Source: Flavobacteriales bacterium (GTDB lineage: Bacteria; Bacteroidota; Bacteroidia; CAIKAF01). From it: 64,000 nucleotides of DNA. Both the position numbers and the translations under genes were made by a program. Shown piece after piece: positions 58,593-64,000 of the stretch. Where the stretch lies: positions 2,260 through 66,259 of the forward strand of contig JANWKT010000013.1 of NCBI GenBank assembly GCA_025451235.1, read 5' to 3'. The notes beneath the pieces are model-generated. The model did no database searches. It was not told the origin of the DNA and saw only the letters and a program-made list of their open reading frames with translations. Position 1 is the first letter of the stretch. Every line of letters starts with the position of its first letter.

Positions 58593-59593
58593 TATTTTTT
58601 CGGTTTATAACGGCTTGAATTCAATATCTGTTTTGAGTTATTGTTCATCAATAATTGTTCTACCGTTATATTTTTATTGTTCTTCATAAAAGCCGTAACC
58701 ACTTTCCATCCGAGCCATATTCCGGTCCTGCCTGGTGACTCGTCGGGCATGCCGGCGCTAAAAGGAGCTTCGCCGCAATATTTATTGATGAGTTTAAAAT
58801 CTTTGGTATACAATAATTTTTTTTCTACAAAAAACGACCACATCATAAACTCATTGCTATTGCAAAACTTTAATTGACTGGTCGTGTACCCGAATTTAAT
58901 GGAATCATGTACATAGGGCAATGTTTTATCTACTAAATACATGATCTTTCCCTGATAGATCATTTCATCCAGCATATCAAGCCTGGGCTGTCCATTGTCG
59001 AACTCAGCACTGATCCATCCACGCATCAGGTCGGTTACCATGTACTCTTTTTCTTTTCTGTATTTAATATATTCAGGTAAATGCGCATAGTATTTGCTTG
59101 ATTTACCTAGGTACTGATCCAAAGAGATGCAGATAGTACTGTCTAAAGCCACTACCACATTGTTAAAACCGAAGTTATAGGTAAGTACATTTGGAATGGG
59201 TCTGTTGGGCAAATAATATTTATAGTATTTAAAGGCCTGGGTTACTTCTTTTTTGAAACCTTCCAGGTCGGCAAATTTAGTGGCGACTTCCTGATGTAAT
59301 TCCTGGATATCCTTGTCGAATAAAAATGCCTTGATATATACCTGGGCGGTACTGTCCTGTAAACTTGCAATGCGGGTAAGATTGCTAAAATACAATTCAG
59401 TAAAGTAGGGGTATTTTTGATCGAGTTTTTGCAGGCTTTCCCATGAAACGGAATCTTTTTTAAGCGTTTCCACCTCCTGGTCGAAACGGATCAGATCAAT
59501 ATTTACCTCGATTTTTGATACATCCGGGACCTTTTTGCCTCCACAGGCAACCAGGAACAAGAGGGGTAAAAGCAGGAGATTGATTCGTTTCAT
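58592..59593 (-). CDS. gldB: Gliding motility lipoprotein GldB
   Basis: Lipobox LVAC; RFDQ, ISLDQYLG, MIYQGK, SPGRTGIWLGWKVV and SRYKPKK motifs. Confidence 0.92.
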   Translation of the reverse strand: MKRINLLLLPLLFLVACGGKKVPDVSKIEVNIDLIRFDQEVETLKKDSVSWESLQKLDQKYPYFTELYFSNLTRIASLQDSTAQVYIKAFLFDKDIQELHQEVATKFADLEGFKKEVTQAFKYYKYYLPNRPIPNVLTYNFGFNNVVVALDSTICISLDQYLGKSSKYYAHLPEYIKYRKEKEYMVTDLMRGWISAEFDNGQPRLDMLDEMIYQGKIMYLVDKTLPYVHDSIKFGYTTSQLKFCNSNEFMMWSFFVEKKLLYTKDFKLINKYCGEAPFSAGMPDESPGRTGIWLGWKVVTAFMKNNKNITVEQLLMNNNSKQILNSSRYKPKK

Positions 59594-59626
59594 GGCACAA
59601 AAATAAGATGATTTTCGGGTTTCCGG

Positions 59627-59800
59627 CCTGTACCGGGATAGGAGCGGTATCCTTTTCAGATGTCAGCGGTCAGATGTCGATTCCCAGGCCTTTTGCCTAT
59701 TCTTTCTGACATCTGAGCACTGACCTCCGCCATCTGAAAAGATATAGCGTATAGCCCGGACAGGCAGGCCCCAGGCGCCCGGCTTTGCCGGGGTAGGCCC
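59627..59800. repeat. Composite palindromic element with an internal CAGATGT heptamer hairpin
   Basis: CCTGTACCGGG...CCCGGACAGG outer stem; ATCCTTTTCAGATG/CATCTGAAAAGAT inner stem; extra CCCGGC-TTT-GCCGGG hairpin. Confidence 0.7.
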
Positions 59801-59876
59801 TTAAAATTAACTAACAATTCATCCTACAAACGATTTTTTTTTACATTTTTGCATCCCACGTTAATATAAATATTAC

Positions 59877-59996
59877 GCCGGCTCTAAAAACAATGAATTT
59901 CAAGGCGGCCGAAACCGAAAAAGCGGAGTTTACTCTAGTAAATGAGCTTTTAGAGGTTGAGGACAACGCGGAAATTAGAAGTTTTTAGAGGCGGGC
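59877..59996. repeat. ~120-bp palindromic element (MITE or structured RNA) in the icd leader
   Basis: CTCTAAAAAC (59882-91) / GTTTTTAGAG (59981-90) perfect IR; central TTTAC-TCTA-GTAAA hairpin. Confidence 0.65.
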
Positions 59997-60014
59997 TTAA
60001 AAAAACAAAATCAT

Positions 60015-61256
60015 ATGGCAAAAATTAAAGTAGCGAACCCGGTTGTAGAAATGGACGGCGATGAAATGACCCGTATCATCTGGAAATTTATTAAAGACAA
60101 ACTCATCCTGCCATATTTGGACGTGGATATTAAATATTATGACCTGGGAGTGGAATACCGCGATCAAACGGAAGATAAAGTAACCGTTGAGGCGGCCGAG
60201 GCCATTAAAAAATATGGAGTAGGGATTAAATGTGCCACCATTACACCCGACGAGGCCCGTGTAGAAGAATTTAAATTGAAAAAAATGTGGAAATCGCCCA
60301 ATGGAACCATTCGTAATATCCTGGATGGTACTGTTTTTCGTGAACCGATCGTGATGAAGAATGTACCTCGTTTGGTAACCACCTGGGACATGCCAATCGT
60401 GGTTGGACGTCATGCTTTTGGTGACCAATATAAGGCAACGGATTTTTTGATCCCTGGAAAAGGAAAGTTAACCATTAAGTTTGAAGGGGAAGATGGAAAA
60501 ACCATTGAACACGAAATTTTCCAGTTTACCGGACCAGGTGTGGCCATGGGTATGTATAATGTAGAAGAAAGTATTTATGGTTTTGCCCGCAGTTGTATGA
60601 ATGTGGCTTTACAGAAAAAATGGCCCTTGTATTTAAGCACAAAAAATACCATCCTGAAAAAATACGACGGAAGGTTCAAAGATATTTTCGAAGAAGTGTA
60701 CCAAAAAGAATACAAAGCAAAATTTGATGCCGCAGGCATTACTTATGAGCATCGTTTGATCGATGATATGGTAGCCTCAGCCATGAAATGGAATGGTGGT
60801 TTTGTTTGGGCCTGTAAAAACTATGATGGTGATGTTCAATCCGACTCAGTTGCACAAGGTTTTGGTTCATTGGGATTAATGACCTCTGTATTGGTAACTC
60901 CGGATGGAAAGATCATGGAAGCAGAAGCGGCCCATGGAACGGTTACACGCCACTATCGCGATCATCAGGCAGGCAAAAGGACTTCAACCAATCCCATCGC
61001 ATCCATTTTTGCATGGACCCGTGGTTTGGAGTTCCGCGGAAAACTAGACAATAACCAGGAGTTGATCAACTTCTGCCAGGCATTGGAAAAAGTTTGTATT
61101 GATGTGGTAGAAAGTGGAAGAATGACCAAGGATTTGGCGGTATGTATCCATGGTAACAAAGTGGAACATGGTAAACATTATTTATATACCGAAGAATTTT
61201 TAGATGCCATTGATGCACAGTTGAAAGAAGTTTTGGCGAAACAATTGGTGAGCTAA
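60015..61256 (+). CDS. icd: NADP-dependent isocitrate dehydrogenase (eukaryote-like, type II)
   Basis: [34 protein letters not shown] and [10 protein letters not shown] motifs. Confidence 0.97.
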   Translation: MAKIKVANPVVEMDGDEMTRIIWKFIKDKLILPYLDVDIKYYDLGVEYRDQTEDKVTVEAAEAIKKYGVGIKCATITPDEARVEEFKLKKMWKSPNGTIRNILDGTVFREPIVMKNVPRLVTTWDMPIVVGRHAFGDQYKATDFLIPGKGKLTIKFEGEDGKTIEHEIFQFTGPGVAMGMYNVEESIYGFARSCMNVALQKKWPLYLSTKNTILKKYDGRFKDIFEEVYQKEYKAKFDAAGITYEHRLIDDMVASAMKWNGGFVWACKNYDGDVQSDSVAQGFGSLGLMTSVLVTPDGKIMEAEAAHGTVTRHYRDHQAGKRTSTNPIASIFAWTRGLEFRGKLDNNQELINFCQALEKVCIDVVESGRMTKDLAVCIHGNKVEHGKHYLYTEEFLDAIDAQLKEVLAKQLVS

Positions 61257-61280
61257 ACTTTTTATAAATGATAATTGAAG

Positions 61281-61309
61281 GAAAGACCGGTTTAGCCGGT
61301 CTTTTTTTT
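61281..61309 (+). terminator. Rho-independent terminator after icd
   Basis: aaagaccgg-tttag-ccggtcttt followed by a T run. Confidence 0.85.
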
Positions 61310-61395
61310 GCTGTCTTCTCCATTTAGGGTCGCTAAATCGTGTACTGCAACGTACTTTATTTGCATTTTCCCCGTTATAGGTCTAACTTTCAAGT

Positions 61396-62343
61396 GTGAA
61401 AAAGACGTTTGTTATATGGCAGTTTGTTCTCCTATTTTTGGTATTGTGCTCATATACCTATTCCCAAACAGACCGTATCATCAATATTCATTTATCTAAA
61501 GACATGGAACCTATTTCGGGAACCATGAACTTTATCATTGACCCGATTGATTCTGCTGTATTGGGATATGGTTTTACCGATAAAGAAGGGCGCTGCAGTT
61601 TCTCACTATCCAGGTCTTTAAAATCAAGAAAATTTTTATTCAAAGTATTTGGGATGGGATATAAGAGCACCATGATGGAAATCGACCATTGGCAGTCTGA
61701 AAGGGTGTATTACCTTCCATGGGAATATGAGACCACTCGTTTGCTAACAGTGTATGTACATAAAAATGGACCTTTGATGGTGCACGACAATCCGGTTCTG
61801 GATAGTATTCCATTTGTTTACTACCGGCGATATTGTGATACTGCAAATTATTATGCGGAAGTTTCGTCGAAAGCATTTGAAAGATATCAAATGGATAGGC
61901 TCAACTTCGAAAAGGAAATGGCTTGGATAGACTCCGCAAAAAAGGCAAGTCCCGAATTAAGCTTCCTGTATCCTCAAATACCGGCTCCACCCGAATGGCT
62001 GGTTCAGGAAGAACTTTGCACGTCTGTTTGTGAGCATTTTTGGATAGAAGGTGGTTGGGAAAGATTCTATGAACCCTTTAAAAAGAGCATTTCATTTCAA
62101 ACGACCTTGCGTAATAACAAGAAACTCCGGGTTTATTTTAGTTTTGATTCGAACGAGGAACCATTTGTTGAGAGAATAGTGGTTTGTAACAAAAAGCTTA
62201 GGAGAATCAAATCGTTGACCCGTTTTTGCAAAAAATTTGAAGAAGAAAAAATGAAATGGCACCTAATTAAACTGAATGGAAGATCTGCCAAATTGAACAA
62301 TGAGATGGAATTCTATATCGACTTTATTTATGAGAAGCATTAG
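61396..62343 (+). CDS. Exported hypothetical protein with a carboxypeptidase-regulatory-like N-terminal domain
   Basis: Signal peptide; EPISG...GFTDKEGRCSF...GMGYKS; GTG start. Confidence 0.6.
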   Translation: MKKTFVIWQFVLLFLVLCSYTYSQTDRIINIHLSKDMEPISGTMNFIIDPIDSAVLGYGFTDKEGRCSFSLSRSLKSRKFLFKVFGMGYKSTMMEIDHWQSERVYYLPWEYETTRLLTVYVHKNGPLMVHDNPVLDSIPFVYYRRYCDTANYYAEVSSKAFERYQMDRLNFEKEMAWIDSAKKASPELSFLYPQIPAPPEWLVQEELCTSVCEHFWIEGGWERFYEPFKKSISFQTTLRNNKKLRVYFSFDSNEEPFVERIVVCNKKLRRIKSLTRFCKKFEEEKMKWHLIKLNGRSAKLNNEMEFYIDFIYEKH

Positions 62344-63229
62344 CTTTATTCTTCCTGCTTACCATAAATACCCCAGTAAATATCATCGCGGCACAACCCA
62401 CTAATACCCAGGTAATGGAATCTTTTCCCAACCAAACACTATGTACCGTGGCAATAATAGGCTGGATATAAATAAAAATACCCACTACTGAGCTGTCTAC
62501 ATGCTTCAACGCATATATATTAAAGAGATAAGCGATAAAAGTAACTCCTACGATCACAAAGCCCACTTTCCAATAAATATCGGGCCTGAAGGTTTCCCAT
62601 TGAATTTCGCTTGCCTGGTTAAACCCAAAAGGCAGAACGAATAATAAACCAAACGTAAATACCCAGGTGATCACGGTTAAAGGTTTGTATTTCCTCATCA
62701 ATGGTTTGGCAAAGAGAAAATAGATGGCGTAAGAGATCGCATTGAGAATAATAAAAATATTCCCCAGCCATGTTTTTGAGGAAAGGTCCATACTTCCTTT
62801 ACTATATACAATAATGGCAATGGCACCGCAAGCTCCCAGCATGGTACCCACTATTTTTAACCAGGTAAGTTTTTCTCTTGAAAAAATCACCCCAATGATC
62901 AATATAGTGATCGGTGTAACCGACATGAGGATACTTCCATTAATAGGGGTAGATAAATTGAGTCCTTCAAAAAATAACAATTGGTTAACCGCCACGCCAA
63001 ATAATCCTCCAGCGGCAAATAAAGGAAAGTCCTTTGTTTTTATTTTTTCGTAACCAGTGATGAGCAACAATATCCAAAACATGAGGGTAGCTCCAATGGC
63101 CCTGACCAATACAAAGCCGGAAGGTTTAATAAATTCCGGCATGACATCTTTGGCAATTACAAAATTGATCCCATAGATGGCATTTACAATAAATAATGCT
63201 AAAAAAGGGACGAGTAGGGGCTTTTTCAT
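62324..63229 (-). CDS. DMT/EamA family transporter
   Basis: About 10 TM helices; NQLLFFEGL and FIYIQP motifs. Confidence 0.9.
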   Translation of the reverse strand: MKKPLLVPFLALFIVNAIYGINFVIAKDVMPEFIKPSGFVLVRAIGATLMFWILLLITGYEKIKTKDFPLFAAGGLFGVAVNQLLFFEGLNLSTPINGSILMSVTPITILIIGVIFSREKLTWLKIVGTMLGACGAIAIIVYSKGSMDLSSKTWLGNIFIILNAISYAIYFLFAKPLMRKYKPLTVITWVFTFGLLFVLPFGFNQASEIQWETFRPDIYWKVGFVIVGVTFIAYLFNIYALKHVDSSVVGIFIYIQPIIATVHSVWLGKDSITWVLVGCAAMIFTGVFMVSRKNKANASHK

Positions 63230-63312
63230 TTTTTTATAAGCAATGTATCCGGCTCATGCCGAATAGTTTTGCTATTATTGTGACGACAAAATTACAGAAT
63301 AAATTTCTGCTT

Positions 63313-64000
63313 GTGTTAGAGACAACCTTTTTTTCCACCATACTTCTTCCAGTTTCGTTGGCATTTATTATGTTGGGTATGGGCTTGTCGTTAACTCGTA
63401 AAGACTTTGCAAATATATTTTTACGTCCTAAGGCCGTATTGGTAGGATTGGCTGCACAAATGCTTGCCCTTCCCGTCATTGCTTTTTCCATTGCCTGGAT
63501 CTTTCCAGTTCCTAATGAAATCAAGGTGGGATTATTCCTCATCGCTATTTGCCCGGGAGGTGCTACCAGTAATTTGCTGAATTATTTATTGAATGGGAAC
63601 CTGGCCCTTTGTGTTTCTCTTACTACTATCAATAGTTTTATTACACAAGCCTCTATTCCATTATTGCTCAACCTTGCTTTGCGATTTTTTATGCATAGCG
63701 AAGCGGATGTTCAACTCTCGTTTGTAGAAACCCTGAAGCATATTGTTTTGATCACCCTGGTTCCGGTAATAGTTGGGATCGTCATCGCCCATTATTATCC
63801 TAGGTTTTCTGAAAAAACCAGAAAACCGATGAAACAGGTGATGCCCGCCTTGATGGCCATTGCATTGTTAGGTGCCATCATTTTGGAAAAGAAAGACCAT
63901 GTGGTAGAAATGACCACCAGCGATTATATCACCATTGTACCTATGGCCCTTCTATTAAATGCGGGTGCCTTGTTTGCAGGATATTATATCGCAAAATGGT
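63313..64000 (+). CDS. Bile acid:sodium symporter (BASS) family protein, 3' end outside the window (alternative start 63256)
   Basis: Absent from the ORF track. Reads VLETTFFSTILLPVSLAFIMLGMGLSLTRKDF...PKAVLVGLAAQM...ICPGGATSNL. Confidence 0.9.
   Translation, partial: MLETTFFSTILLPVSLAFIMLGMGLSLTRKDFANIFLRPKAVLVGLAAQMLALPVIAFSIAWIFPVPNEIKVGLFLIAICPGGATSNLLNYLLNGNLALCVSLTTINSFITQASIPLLLNLALRFFMHSEADVQLSFVETLKHIVLITLVPVIVGIVIAHYYPRFSEKTRKPMKQVMPALMAIALLGAIILEKKDHVVEMTTSDYITIVPMALLLNAGALFAGYYIAKW

Noticed and set aside
59877-59996. Known icd or icd-II RNA motif
   Set aside because: Those motifs are described from Proteobacteria and I cannot match them by eye; the terminal IR fits a mobile palindrome better.
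2912-63053. Numerous 60-170 aa ORFs nested in or antisense to long genes
   Set aside because: They are shadow frames of well-supported CDSs with no recognisable motifs.
63234-63542. 102-aa minus-strand ORF
   Set aside because: It is the antisense shadow of the BASS symporter on the plus strand.

Overview
This window comes from an AT-rich Bacteroidota chromosome, as shown by gldB/gldC, many T9SS C-terminal domains and TAnnTTTG promoter boxes. It has about 55 CDSs and no rRNA, tRNA, CRISPR array, transposase or prophage that I can see. The housekeeping backbone is gatB, punA, lpxK, Nif3/zinc-ribbon, a TetR-TolC-MFP-AcrB efflux operon, nadD, ileS-dksA-lspA, gldBC and icd, with secreted proteases and T9SS cargo in between. 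The best candidate for an undescribed system is a three-gene periplasmic sulfur module at 54801-58053: membrane-anchored TsdA, an exported DsrE and a Tat-exported SoxB-like hydrolase, with no soxYZ or soxAX nearby. Other notable items: three tandem 'signal peptide + CTD only' paralogs; a TPR/MORN operon with an active and an inactive transglutaminase-like protein; an IleRS2 with a GIHH motif; an Rgp-gingipain-like protease; two pseudogenes; and several families of nested palindromic or heptamer intergenic repeats. All family calls come from motif recognition by eye; no database searches were run.
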